Below, in pieces: positions 8,701 through 17,472 of a DNA stretch of 27,274 nt. Positions within the stretch are counted from its first letter, which is position 1. The number at the start of each line of letters is the position of its first letter. Source of the DNA: Candidatus Sumerlaeaceae bacterium (lineage in GTDB: Bacteria; Sumerlaeota; Sumerlaeia; Sumerlaeales; Sumerlaeaceae); assembly GCA_051003195.1 (NCBI GenBank), contig JBPCLP010000038.1:1-27274 (forward strand), read 5' to 3'. The translations under genes were made by a program, and so were the position numbers. Below the pieces are notes generated by a model, which was given only the letters and a program-made list of their open reading frames with translations, searched no databases and was not told where the DNA came from.

Positions 8701-8960
8701 CGAAAGCCGATATTGAATCACCGCACGGACGAATTTCCAGCTCGTGGAAACGGGATGGTGAAAACGGGGTGACGCTCGATGTCTACGTGCCGTCAAATAC
8801 ACAAGCAACGGTCTATGTGCCCGCGGCAGGCGCCGAGGGTGTCACTGAGAGCGGCAAGCCGGCAAGTGCGGCGGAAGGAGTGAAGTTCGTCCGTATGCAA
8901 AACGGCGCTGCCGTGTTCGAATTGGGAGCGGGGAATTATGCCTTCAGGGCAAAGCAATGA
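5733..8960 (+). CDS. GH78 alpha-L-rhamnosidase, secreted, with an inserted beta-sandwich domain
   Basis: Motifs LKCEYRESPMGVD..PRLSW, GLGLFELYVNG, DMGQNMVGW, PRFTYHGFRYV, PTDCPQRDERQGWLGD, GATTIWELWN, MNSHNH. Start moved from the ORF-track 5547 to ATG 5733 (or 5724), where a signal peptide begins (MKPIKQVVAVGLLLLL). Confidence 0.95.
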   Translation: MKPIKQVVAVGLLLLLHVKVQSMNAQHLKCEYRESPMGVDAAHPRLSWKLESRTRGDRQSAYHVLVASTPEILAQDKADLWDSGKQASDQNTQLEYAGRALASNASCHWKVRIWDKEGKPGEWSKPARWISGLLKPQDWTAKWIGKDETTAAMEQLLPGAKWIWYPDSDPANSAQAGPCWFRQTLTVPAGSTVTRALCHITADNAFILHVNGNEIGRGGSFNAAMEYELTSQVTPGENVIGIFADNHGGTPNPAGMIASIRVEFDSGEPLRLTTDGNWRVTRQHTPTWGHKGHDESGWQKARVLGDYGMKPWGEPQVADDYRRLPARMLRRDFNATQQIKRATAHVSGLGLFELYVNGSRISDNVLQPALTDYDKQVPYVTFDVTEKLKPGANSIGVWLGNGRYFAPRLAIPVTTRTFGYPKLLLQLEVEYTDGTSARIVSDESWKLTTEGPITANNEYDGEDYDARKELPGWCSPAFDDSKWQKPQVVSAPDGALVAQPIEPIRVTETLKPIAITEPQPGLFIADMGQNMVGWCRIKVNGTAGMKVRLRHAETLTTGGLLYLDNIRGAKVTENYTLKGGAEEVYEPRFTYHGFRYVEITGWPGKPDASAIEGRVVHDDMPRSGTFSCSNELLNRLYHNILWGTRGNYRSIPTDCPQRDERQGWLGDRSEECRGESYLYDVAAFYAKWVQDIQDSQKPTGSVPDVAPNYWPFYNDGITWPSSFVIIPHTVYTQYGDRRVLEKHYDGMKLWMDYMTTYVKDGLMPKNTYGDWCVPPENPKLIHSEDPKRQTNPELVSSSYYYHDAMLMAGTARMLGKSPDAEKFEKLAQTLKDAFNKKFLKAGVYDNGSQTAAVLPLAFGMVPEDQKRPVFEHLVKKIEQETDGHIGTGLIGGQWLMRVLSDNGRADLAYRIASQKSYPSWGYMLENGATTIWELWNGNTADPAMNSHNHVMLIGDLNIWFTEYLAGIRPSSPGFKTFTIHPHLVGDLKWAKADIESPHGRISSSWKRDGENGVTLDVYVPSNTQATVYVPAAGAEGVTESGKPASAAEGVKFVRMQNGAAVFELGAGNYAFRAKQ

Positions 8961-8987
8961 TGAGGAGTCGTCGCTCGACCTTTACAT

Positions 8988-9014
8988 AAAAAAAGAGGAG
9001 CTTTCGCTCCTCTT
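8988..9014 (-). terminator. Intrinsic terminator for the amidase gene, possibly bidirectional
   Basis: AAGAGGAGC-TTTC-GCTCCTCTT 9-bp stem (GAAA loop on minus), followed on minus by a U-run (A7 at 8988-8994); lies between convergent genes. Confidence 0.85.
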
Positions 9015-9038
9015 CATAGGCAGTTGAACGGACGCCCG

Positions 9039-10466
9039 TCAGTTGGCGCCACCATAGTATGCAGCATCACCAAACGAGTAGACGGCACCATCGTTCTTTA
9101 CGAGCCAGTAACCGTTCCATGTGGAGGGCCCCGCTGCAATACCAACGAATTTGCCGGGTTCATCGACGCCGCCCTGGTAATTGACTGCACCATAGGAATA
9201 GATGGAACCGTTGCTGCGCGCCAGCCAGTAGCCGCCGCCGTCACTACGTGCAGCCATGCCGACGAAATCCGTGAGACCCGAGCCGCCGGCACTGCCATGG
9301 AACCCGGCTGGACCAAACGTGAAGATTCCGCCGTCGGAGGCCATGATCCAGTAGCCGTTGCTTGGGTTGGAAGCCATGGTGATAACATTAGTGATGTTTA
9401 TACCCACGCCTGGTACTGAGCCATGGTAAGGTGCGTCGCCAAAGGCGAAGATGCCTCCGTCTTTACCGACGAGCCAGTAACCAGCGCCGCTGGCCGTCGA
9501 ACAGATGGCGACAACTGGCTGCGACAGGGGTTGGCCCCCCATTGATCCATAGAACCCTGCAGCTCCAAAGCTGAAGACTCCACCGTCAGAGCCAACCAGC
9601 CAGTAGCCGTCACTCTGCGGTCTCGCTGCCATACCTACGATGTTGTTTACGGTGACCTGGCCGGGTAGAGCGCCGTAGAAGCCGGCATTACCAAACGAGA
9701 ACACTCCCCCATCCGCGGCGACAATCCAGTAACCGCCGCCATTCGAAGTGCGCGCGATCCCCTTACGATTGCCGGCGAATACCCCGCCGGAGCCATTCTT
9801 ACGCTGCATCACTCCGTCGCGCATCGGGCCGCCGTTGTAGTTTTCAGTAATGTAATTCGGATGTACATAATCGCCGGGGCAGGCCGTGGATTTCACTTTC
9901 CGGTGACCATCAAGAACGCCGACGGTCCTGCCGTTGTAAGACCCGCTCCCATAGGCCGACCAGGATGATGGCATGCGCCAGGCAATTACATCCATGAGGC
10001 TGTCGAGCATTGCGGACGTGGGCTGCTGGTTGTAGGGAGTATGGAAATAGCCCATGATGTTAAAACCGAAACTGTTTACATTGTAGCTATCGTGAGCGCC
10101 CTTGGGGAGGCTGGAATTGGAACCATATCGGCCCTCGAAAATATTGCCGAACTTGTCGACGAGGTAGTGGTAGCCGATATCCGACCACCCGTTTGTGTCC
10201 ATGTGGAAGTTCTGCACGGCGCGAACGTTGGCCTTCGATGCTTCCAGCCCTGTCGTGTTCATGTGATTAGCATCTGCGGTGTGGTGGATGATGGCGCGGT
10301 TCAGCGTGCTCATGTAACTGATTGGACCGGGGTTTCGAGCTAGCCAACAGCCACGGCTGCAGATAGACGGCTGCGCGCCCTGGGCGGCAGTAGCATCCTG
10401 GCTGGAAGAAAAAAGAATGGCCGCAAAGAAGATTGCGGGGGCGATAAGAAGCCGGCAGAGAATCAT
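9039..10466 (-). CDS. N-acetylmuramoyl-L-alanine amidase (Amidase_2/PGRP-like) with a C-terminal six-repeat beta-propeller-like domain
   Basis: Signal peptide; IIHHTA, GWSDIGYHYLVD..G.IFEGR, GAH, GHRKV, STACPG (Zn ligands H/H/C and Tyr intact); six GYWxxxxDGGVFxFGxAxxxG repeats; RBS GAGGAGG. Confidence 0.93.
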   Translation of the reverse strand: MILCRLLIAPAIFFAAILFSSSQDATAAQGAQPSICSRGCWLARNPGPISYMSTLNRAIIHHTADANHMNTTGLEASKANVRAVQNFHMDTNGWSDIGYHYLVDKFGNIFEGRYGSNSSLPKGAHDSYNVNSFGFNIMGYFHTPYNQQPTSAMLDSLMDVIAWRMPSSWSAYGSGSYNGRTVGVLDGHRKVKSTACPGDYVHPNYITENYNGGPMRDGVMQRKNGSGGVFAGNRKGIARTSNGGGYWIVAADGGVFSFGNAGFYGALPGQVTVNNIVGMAARPQSDGYWLVGSDGGVFSFGAAGFYGSMGGQPLSQPVVAICSTASGAGYWLVGKDGGIFAFGDAPYHGSVPGVGINITNVITMASNPSNGYWIMASDGGIFTFGPAGFHGSAGGSGLTDFVGMAARSDGGGYWLARSNGSIYSYGAVNYQGGVDEPGKFVGIAAGPSTWNGYWLVKNDGAVYSFGDAAYYGGAN

Positions 10467-10565
10467 GGTGCCTCCTCATTATACGAAATTGGAGCTAGAC
10501 ACAGAACGTAGGGGACTCTTGTGTGAGAGGAGCCGATCCCGGAATTCCAAATCTACAGCTCAATA

Positions 10566-10690
10566 CCAATCGATTGCGATACAAGGTTGATGTCAAGACT
10601 AAAACCGTTCTCAATTCCCGCAGTATGATTATATAGTTGACCCTGCAGATAGCGCTTTCGAGTGTGTAGCGCAGAGCGCAATCGTTTGCG
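10566..10690. promoter_or_regulatory. LacI-type palindromic operator candidates
   Basis: CCAATCGATTGCG (10566-10578), GATAGCGCTTTC (10648-10659) and CGCAATCGTTTGCG (10677-10690); palindromes with the LacI-typical central CG (GCGC in the middle site), directly upstream of a LacI-family gene. Confidence 0.6.
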
Positions 10691-10699
10691 GCACTCACG

Positions 10700-11764
10700 A
10701 TGTCTTACCTATTGCCAGATCAAAACACCATAGATACGCCCGCAACTGCTGCCGATGTGGCCGGCATGGCAGGCGTGTCCATATACACCGTTTCCCGAGC
10801 GTTCAGCGGCTCGAAGGTTGTGTCCGCTCATACCCGCGAGCGCATTTTTTCGGCAGCACGTAAGATTGGATATACTCCACACGCCGCAGCGCGTGCCCTG
10901 CGCACGGGCAAAGTCGCGACCATTGCGTTGGTTCAGCCATCTCGTCCATTGCGCGGAGAGTTTTATTGTGACATCCTGGCCGGCCTCCAGAGTGCGGCCT
11001 CAGAGCGTAACCTGGATGTTCTGCTCAGTTCTGTTCCGGAGAATTGTGCGGTCGAATCGTGGGTCTCAAATCTCGCTTCAACGGGACGCTGCGGAGCCGT
11101 GGCTTTGCTTACAAAGGTTCCGGAACCCGGCCCTTTGCGGGCGTTGCGTCGAGTCGGCGTTCCGCTCGTGTTGCTGAATTGCGCTGCAGACGAATGCGCG
11201 GAGCAGCGGATTTCTTCGGTCGGCTTCGACAACTCATCGGGAGTACAGCAGGCGGTTCGCCACCTGGAAGCCATCGGTCATCGGCGAATTGCTTTCTTCC
11301 GCTGTCCCAGCCTCTGGGGGGATACTCTCCGGCGCGAGCAGGGCTTCCGTACGTGCATGGAGCAAGTTGGTTTGAACGTACGAGAGGATTGGATGCCGGA
11401 CTGCCCGGCCGGACCACCATCCGGCGCGGCTGCGTTCGACCAACTTTTCTCGGATGCCGGCGAAAAACCCACTGCTATTATTTGCGCGAACGACGACGTG
11501 ACACTTGGCGTGCTTTCGGCTGCCGCACGATGGGGCAAAAGAGTTCCGCTCGATCTTTCTGTCGTGGGTCATGACGACAACACCTGGACCGGCTATCACT
11601 CCCCGACCATTACCACAGTCCGCCATGCGGGCTGGGACCTGGGCTACACGGCAGGTGAGTTACTGTTGAGGCTCTATGACGATGCACGCAGTAAACCCGA
11701 CCACATTGTGCTGCCGACGCAGCTGCTGGTGCGGGAGTCCACGGGTAGACCGGCTCAGCTATAG
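10700..11764 (+). CDS. LacI family transcriptional regulator
   Basis: ATAADVAGMAGVSIYTVSRAFS HTH, GYTPHAAARAL hinge, and a periplasmic-binding-protein-like domain (GHRRIAF, PTAIICAND, VPLDLSVVGHDD, PTITTV, LLVREST). Confidence 0.97.
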   Translation: MSYLLPDQNTIDTPATAADVAGMAGVSIYTVSRAFSGSKVVSAHTRERIFSAARKIGYTPHAAARALRTGKVATIALVQPSRPLRGEFYCDILAGLQSAASERNLDVLLSSVPENCAVESWVSNLASTGRCGAVALLTKVPEPGPLRALRRVGVPLVLLNCAADECAEQRISSVGFDNSSGVQQAVRHLEAIGHRRIAFFRCPSLWGDTLRREQGFRTCMEQVGLNVREDWMPDCPAGPPSGAAAFDQLFSDAGEKPTAIICANDDVTLGVLSAAARWGKRVPLDLSVVGHDDNTWTGYHSPTITTVRHAGWDLGYTAGELLLRLYDDARSKPDHIVLPTQLLVRESTGRPAQL

Positions 11765-11774
11765 CTGTATAATT

Positions 11775-14078
11775 TCAAAAGGCCACGCTCCAATTGCGCG
11801 CGGGCTCGTTATCGAAATCCAACTGCAGCTTAGCTACGCGTTTGTCCGGGGATGCAGCACGCGTGGCGCCCTCCAGGGACGAGATCGCAAATCCATCGGG
11901 CACATACGCAAACAAGTGGTAGGACATACCCGGCGCGCCGAGCGCGGTGCCGGACAGCGTCCTGGCCTGGGCATTCCAGTTCACTTTTTTCAGCTCAATG
12001 GCGCCCTGCGTAAAATGCCGGCTGGTCCCCAGGACCTGGGGACCGCCCGTACGCTCGCGCACTGCCAGAAGAGTGACGGAGCGAGGCGGCTGTAGAAACT
12101 CCAGTTCGCCTTTCGTACCATCGAGTAGTTGCTGCTGCCAGAAATCAAATGCCAGCAAAGGTGTGCCTGCTGCAATGCAAAGTCGTTCGGGGGTTAATCG
12201 CCGTGTGGCAGTGGTGTCGTGCCAGTTGAACACGCCGGCGACGGTCCATTTTCCGGCGTCAGATGCGATGGGAGTTATGAAAAGCGCCGGCTGTGTTGTT
12301 TCGAAAAGATCGATTGGTCGCGCGCTTTTGCCGAAAGACGGCAGCACCTTTTTCAGTATCTCCATTCGGGGTCTGTCCAGGTCGTAGAGCTGATCGCCGG
12401 ATATTATGGTACCGCCGGAGAGCGCGGTAATCGTTGCCGCCACCTGCGCCTGCGGAAGATCAAGGGTGACCAGGCGAATATGATCCGCGTCATTGATCCA
12501 CGTCCGCCCATGGAAGTAATAGCGTTTCGCGACAGCCGGGGCGGTGCTGTTGTAATGCAGTGCATACTGGTCCCACAAATTGCACTCAGCGGAAATGGGG
12601 CGATCGAGTTCAATTCGCATGCTGTCTGCGAGACCAATGATCTCGGGTGTCGGGCCGCAATCGAGCAGGTGCACGTCGGGGCCGATGGCGGAGCGGATCG
12701 TTTCGTTCGCAACATAGTATGCTTTCGCGATGGACCATGAGGCATCCGCAAAACGTTGCGTCGCGAGCAGCGTCCATTCGCTGAAATCGGTTTTGATAAA
12801 GCGGTAGCCCCAGTCGTTTGCGACTGTGCTGAATGTGCGATGAAGCCAGTCGCGCGCGCCGGCTTTGCTCACGTCGAGGATGTACTGTGCCTGCCCCTGG
12901 TGCGCAGGTTCGATATCCTGAAGCGTACCATCAGGCCGATGCACGAGCCATTCGGGGTGGTTAGTTGCGACGTCGGTACCCTTGGAGATCGCAAATGGCG
13001 CGAGCCATAATCCGGGTTTGAGTCCGAGCGCTGTAATTTTCGTGGCCAGGTCTTTCATCCCATTGGGCAGCTTTCCGGGAAGCGCTTCCCAATCGCCAAA
13101 GGCCCGCTGGAACCCGTCATCAATCTGGACCCATTCCATGCCGTATGCTTTCAGTTCGTTGGCGATCACACGCGCGTTTTTCAGCACGCGTTCTTCCGTG
13201 ATATCGCCGTACATATTCGACCATGTGCACCAGCCATTAATGACGGGGTTGAGACGCACCTTGTGATAAGCCGCCAGTGAATCGGCATACTGCTCCAGCG
13301 CATCAAATGGATTTGCGCGGAAGAGCACCAGGACCGATCCGCCCGAGGCTGTCTGACCAGGCGCGATCTCGACGGTGGATCCCGCAATCGAGGCGGTTTC
13401 AAATCCCACGCCGCCGGAGTCGCGCCCGCCTTTAACATAGCCCTCGAACTCACGGCCATCGAGATAGCCGATCACGAGCGTCTCGCTGGTGCCGGGGCAG
13501 TAGAGGGCCACATTAAAGAAACTGGTGAAGTGAGCGCCGGGCGGTCTAAGATCGATCAATTTTCCCGGATCGTGGTACATGCGGCCATTGGTTAACACCT
13601 TCTGGAACGCGCCTTCGCCAGAACGACTAAGCAGGCAGTCGCCCTGATGCGCTGACGCGGCAACGAGCGGCTTTAAAGCGCTGACCTGGACGGGCCGTTG
13701 GGAATGATTGACGAGTTCCAGCTGAAAAGTTGCTCCTGGGATATCCTTCAAAAGAGTTGCGGTGTAACGCAGCTCCAGGCCTGCGGTTGATATCTGCTCG
13801 TGGATCTGTAAGGCTTCGCCGGGGAGCGAACCAGTGGTGGAAAAGGTCTTCGTCGACAGGCTGTTCTGTCCCAGTTGAAAGTTTCCGATGGAAGTATCCA
13901 CTGTCGCTGCGGAGCGCAGCAGGTGAGTTCCATCTTGTGATAGCACCGTCAAACTGGTGGCTGCATCAAACTCCAATTGCCGCCCCCCAATCGCCAGGCG
14001 TGGAACGGCTTGCGCAATTGCAGGTGTCACCACGCAGACCGAAACACAAGCCATGTAAAAGTGGCTAGACAGGGACAT
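11775..14078 (-). CDS. Alpha-galactosidase-like glycoside hydrolase (clan GH-D, GH36/GH27-like), secreted
   Basis: GWCTWS, WVQIDDGFQ, GLKPGLWLAPF, FIKTDF (nucleophile Asp), DSMRIELD (acid/base Asp), WINDAD; N-terminal signal-like peptide. Confidence 0.88.
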   Translation of the reverse strand: MSLSSHFYMACVSVCVVTPAIAQAVPRLAIGGRQLEFDAATSLTVLSQDGTHLLRSAATVDTSIGNFQLGQNSLSTKTFSTTGSLPGEALQIHEQISTAGLELRYTATLLKDIPGATFQLELVNHSQRPVQVSALKPLVAASAHQGDCLLSRSGEGAFQKVLTNGRMYHDPGKLIDLRPPGAHFTSFFNVALYCPGTSETLVIGYLDGREFEGYVKGGRDSGGVGFETASIAGSTVEIAPGQTASGGSVLVLFRANPFDALEQYADSLAAYHKVRLNPVINGWCTWSNMYGDITEERVLKNARVIANELKAYGMEWVQIDDGFQRAFGDWEALPGKLPNGMKDLATKITALGLKPGLWLAPFAISKGTDVATNHPEWLVHRPDGTLQDIEPAHQGQAQYILDVSKAGARDWLHRTFSTVANDWGYRFIKTDFSEWTLLATQRFADASWSIAKAYYVANETIRSAIGPDVHLLDCGPTPEIIGLADSMRIELDRPISAECNLWDQYALHYNSTAPAVAKRYYFHGRTWINDADHIRLVTLDLPQAQVAATITALSGGTIISGDQLYDLDRPRMEILKKVLPSFGKSARPIDLFETTQPALFITPIASDAGKWTVAGVFNWHDTTATRRLTPERLCIAAGTPLLAFDFWQQQLLDGTKGELEFLQPPRSVTLLAVRERTGGPQVLGTSRHFTQGAIELKKVNWNAQARTLSGTALGAPGMSYHLFAYVPDGFAISSLEGATRAASPDKRVAKLQLDFDNEPARNWSVAF

Positions 14079-14278
14079 AATCGACTCATTTCCGGCCGCG
14101 GCATGGCCTCAACAGCCAGGACGGCGTTTAACTGGCTAATAAAAAACGGGTAAGACCTAAATACTGTAGCCCAAAAAGCGGGGCTGAGAATGCGTTGACT
14201 TGCAATGACCGCAAAATCGTCTGTAGTTACTCGTTTTCAAGGTGAAAGAAGTCCCTGTATGAGCCGTCTTCGACGTCC

Positions 14279-14941
14279 ATGACCATCCACAATGGCGAAT
14301 CAAAAGCCCGACGAAATGGATTCACCCTGATAGAACTGCTCATCGTCGTGCTCATCATTGCGATTCTTGCGTCGATCGCCGTTCCGAACCTGCTGGAAGC
14401 GCACGTGCGATCCAAAGTCAGCCGCACAAAGGCGGATATGCGGATCATGGCTACGGCCTTAGAGGCCTATGTAACCGACAATGGGCGAAACCCAACTTTC
14501 CACTACACGACGCTGCCGACTGGGGAACTGGACGGTGAGTTCTTCCTGGGTGGGCAGGCGGGCCCTGGTATTTATTCCGACACAAATTTTAATGGTAATC
14601 CGCAGCTCACGACACCCATCGCATACCTGACGCGAGTTCCCACGGATGTGTTTGTTCCGCCGCGGAGCGAGGGCGCTTCTGAACACGAGCAGTTCCTGTA
14701 TGTGAACTGGCGCTACGCGGGTGAGCGGCAGGTTCTCAATGCGCCGGTGTTCTTCGAGCTCGCGCTGAGATTTTTTGGCGATTGGCACCTGATGTCTGGC
14801 GGACCGACGCGTTCGCGCGCATTGCTGCCGCCTGACAAGAATTATTATCTGTCGCTCTATGACGCGACCAACGGAAGCGTAAGCCCGGGCAAAATTATCC
14901 GCACACAGTTCGATCCTAATGGCCGGCCTGTAGGATTGTGA
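14279..14941 (+). CDS. Prepilin-type N-terminal cleavage/methylation domain protein (type IV pilin/pseudopilin-like)
   Basis: RRNG|FTLIELLIVVLIIAILASIAVPN with G-1, F+1, E+5; then SKVSRTKADMR..ATALEAY..DN, LTTPIAYL...P.DVF and YDATNGSVSPG.I. Confidence 0.95.
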   Translation: MTIHNGESKARRNGFTLIELLIVVLIIAILASIAVPNLLEAHVRSKVSRTKADMRIMATALEAYVTDNGRNPTFHYTTLPTGELDGEFFLGGQAGPGIYSDTNFNGNPQLTTPIAYLTRVPTDVFVPPRSEGASEHEQFLYVNWRYAGERQVLNAPVFFELALRFFGDWHLMSGGPTRSRALLPPDKNYYLSLYDATNGSVSPGKIIRTQFDPNGRPVGL

Positions 14942-15033
14942 TTTATGCGGGCCATGGGCTTTTCAGTTGCCCTGTTGCAGCAACGGCATAGTCAAATCGC
15001 AGTCGTAACGATTCAGTATTGGAAGGATTCCCT

Positions 15034-15900
15034 ATGAAATACGGAATTAATATGCTACTTTGGACAGACGACGCCACCGGCGAGGAATGGACGCCTTTGT
15101 TCGAGCAGATTAAAGAGGCGGGTTATGACGGTGTTGAGATTCCAGTGTTCTCAACCGACGCGAAAAGTTACGAGGCGCTCGGGAATCGGTTAAACACGAT
15201 TGGCCTGGAGCGGACGGCGGTGACTGTGCGATCGGAGCAGGACGATCCTGTTGCCCTGGTACATGAGGTTGCCTCTCGTGGGATCGAGGCAAACAAAAGC
15301 GCAGTGGAATGTTGCGCGGCGCTTGGCGCGAGCCACCTTGTTGGCCCTTTTCATTCTGCACTGGGATTTTTCAGTGGCGCCCCGCCCACTACGGACCAAC
15401 GCAAACGTGCGGTGGATAGTATGCAGAAGGTTTCAGAACATGCCGCGGCGAATGATATTGTTCTGGCACTGGAATATCTTAACCGGTTCGAACTCTACCT
15501 GCTAAACTGCGCGGCGGACATGGCGGAGTTTATCGACTCTGTCGATCATCCAAACTGCCAGATGATGTACGATACTTTTCACGCGCATATCGAGGAAAAG
15601 AATGTGCGCGATGCAATAATGACCGCCGGCAAACGCATTGCACATGTACATATTTCAGAGAACGACCGCAGTACTCCGGGCACGGGACAGGTACACTGGG
15701 ATGCGACATTCAGTGCTTTGCGCGAGATCGGCTACGATGGCTGGCTCGTGGTGGAAGCTTTCGGGCTTGCGCTGCCGAAACTGGCTGCTGCTACCAAGAT
15801 ATGGCGCCGGATGTTTCCTTCCGAGGAATCTCTGATGCGCGAATCGCTGCAGTTTATGAAAAGGTCGATAGAGCGAACGCTGAACCCGGCTGCAAGTTAA
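15034..15900 (+). CDS. D-psicose/D-tagatose 3-epimerase family ketose epimerase (TIM barrel)
   Basis: GYDGVEIP, LEYLNRFE, MYDTFHAHIEE, HVHISENDR..PG.G and VEAF give the E/D/H/E metal set; start placed at ATG 15034 after GGAAGGA. Confidence 0.9.
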   Translation: MKYGINMLLWTDDATGEEWTPLFEQIKEAGYDGVEIPVFSTDAKSYEALGNRLNTIGLERTAVTVRSEQDDPVALVHEVASRGIEANKSAVECCAALGASHLVGPFHSALGFFSGAPPTTDQRKRAVDSMQKVSEHAAANDIVLALEYLNRFELYLLNCAADMAEFIDSVDHPNCQMMYDTFHAHIEEKNVRDAIMTAGKRIAHVHISENDRSTPGTGQVHWDATFSALREIGYDGWLVVEAFGLALPKLAAATKIWRRMFPSEESLMRESLQFMKRSIERTLNPAAS

Positions 15901-16051
15901 ACAAACCGAGGCCCGTTCCTTTACAGCTTGACTCTCATGTTCCTTTGAGCCGCGAAGTAAATTGAATCAGCGACGGTTCGGCTGTTCGCCTGGTCTATTT
16001 TCAATCTCTGCCCGCGTCGCCTGCTGACCAACTCACCTCAGGAGTTTCTCA

Positions 16052-17455
16052 ATGCACAACGCACTTCGGTTGTCGCGGCTTTACCTCGCTGGATTGGCGG
16101 TATTTCTATACGCAGTGCCTGACGCGCAGGCGCAGGTGTGGTACAAGGGCAACCTGCACACACACAGTACCACGTCGGACGGCGATAGCGCCCCGATCAC
16201 TGTCGCGCGATGGTACCGGGATAATAATTACGATTTTCTTGTGCTGAGCGACCACAACCAGTACAATTCAATCGCCAGCATCCAGACAACCCTTGATAAC
16301 GAGAACGCGCTGACAGGGCACAAGCGGCTGCTGCTGATTCCCGGTGAGGAAATCAGCGATTTATATGGTTCCAAAAAAGTGCACCTGGGCGGTATCAATA
16401 CGACCGGCCTGGTCGGAGCGCAAGGCGGCTCGAGCGTGGCGAATGTGATTCAGCGCTGCACGGATGCGATTAAGCTCAAAGGTGGCATGCCGATCATCAA
16501 CCATCCCAACCTGAGCGGCAGTTCCTTTCCATCCAGCGACGTTTTCGCCGTGAAGAATCTTAAGTTTCTCGAACTCTATAACGCGCATCCGTCCGCGAAC
16601 AATGGCGGTGGCAACGGCTTGCCTGCGATGGGCGACTACTGGGATGATTTGCTCGGCCGGCCACGACAGATCTGGGGTGTGGCCACCGACGACGCGCACC
16701 ACTTCCAGACGTGGGGATCGGATAAGGCAAACCCCGGTCGCGCATGGGTGACGGTGAACGCACCCTCATTGACCGCCGCAAACATTGTAAGTTCGCTGTC
16801 CCTGGGTAAGTTTTACGCGTCGACCGGCGTGGTCTACTCTAACGTCACCACGGCGAACAATGTGTTAAGCATCGCGTTAAGTGGCGCCGGACCGTTCACG
16901 ACCACGTTCACAGGTAAAGGCGGGGCGGTGCTGAAAACGGATACGACGATGAACCCCAGCTACACGTTGCCGACAGCCGGCCAGCTATTCGTGAGAGCGA
17001 AGACGAATGCTTCCTACGGATCAGCATGGACTCAGCCCCTGTTTGATAAGAGCTATATTGTTGATAATGCGGACGCGGGTTTTTCTGCATCTGCTAACTG
17101 GGTTATCGGAACGTCAGCCGCGGACAAATATAAGACGAACTACCACTATCGTTCAACTTTGAGCGGTTCGCCCGACCGGGCAAGCTTCACAGTCGGGACC
17201 GCGGGGACCGGCGACTTTGACATCTCGGCATGGTGGGCGGTTGGAACCGCAGGCAATCGGAACCCCGAGGCGCACTACTTTCTGCCGGACGGACGCGAAG
17301 TGATTGTAGACCAGCGTTATAATGGCGGGAAATGGAACTATCTTGGAACGGTGCGCTTTAATGCGGAAGGCGATCATACGGTGCAGCTTGCGGCGGGCGG
17401 ACCGGCCGGTTACGCCTGCATCGCCGATGCGGTAATGATGTACGGACCGAAGTAG
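16052..17455 (+). CDS. Secreted PHP-family (CehA/McbA-like) metallohydrolase with a C-terminal golvesin/Xly-like domain
   Basis: WYKGNLHTHSTTSDG, LSDHN, IPGEE, INHP, ELYN, ATDDAH; C-terminal IVDNADAGFSASANW...VDQRYNGGKWNYLG...IADAV; RBS AGGAG. Confidence 0.9.
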   Translation: MHNALRLSRLYLAGLAVFLYAVPDAQAQVWYKGNLHTHSTTSDGDSAPITVARWYRDNNYDFLVLSDHNQYNSIASIQTTLDNENALTGHKRLLLIPGEEISDLYGSKKVHLGGINTTGLVGAQGGSSVANVIQRCTDAIKLKGGMPIINHPNLSGSSFPSSDVFAVKNLKFLELYNAHPSANNGGGNGLPAMGDYWDDLLGRPRQIWGVATDDAHHFQTWGSDKANPGRAWVTVNAPSLTAANIVSSLSLGKFYASTGVVYSNVTTANNVLSIALSGAGPFTTTFTGKGGAVLKTDTTMNPSYTLPTAGQLFVRAKTNASYGSAWTQPLFDKSYIVDNADAGFSASANWVIGTSAADKYKTNYHYRSTLSGSPDRASFTVGTAGTGDFDISAWWAVGTAGNRNPEAHYFLPDGREVIVDQRYNGGKWNYLGTVRFNAEGDHTVQLAAGGPAGYACIADAVMMYGPK

Positions 17456-17472
17456 AACTAGTAACCCCGACG

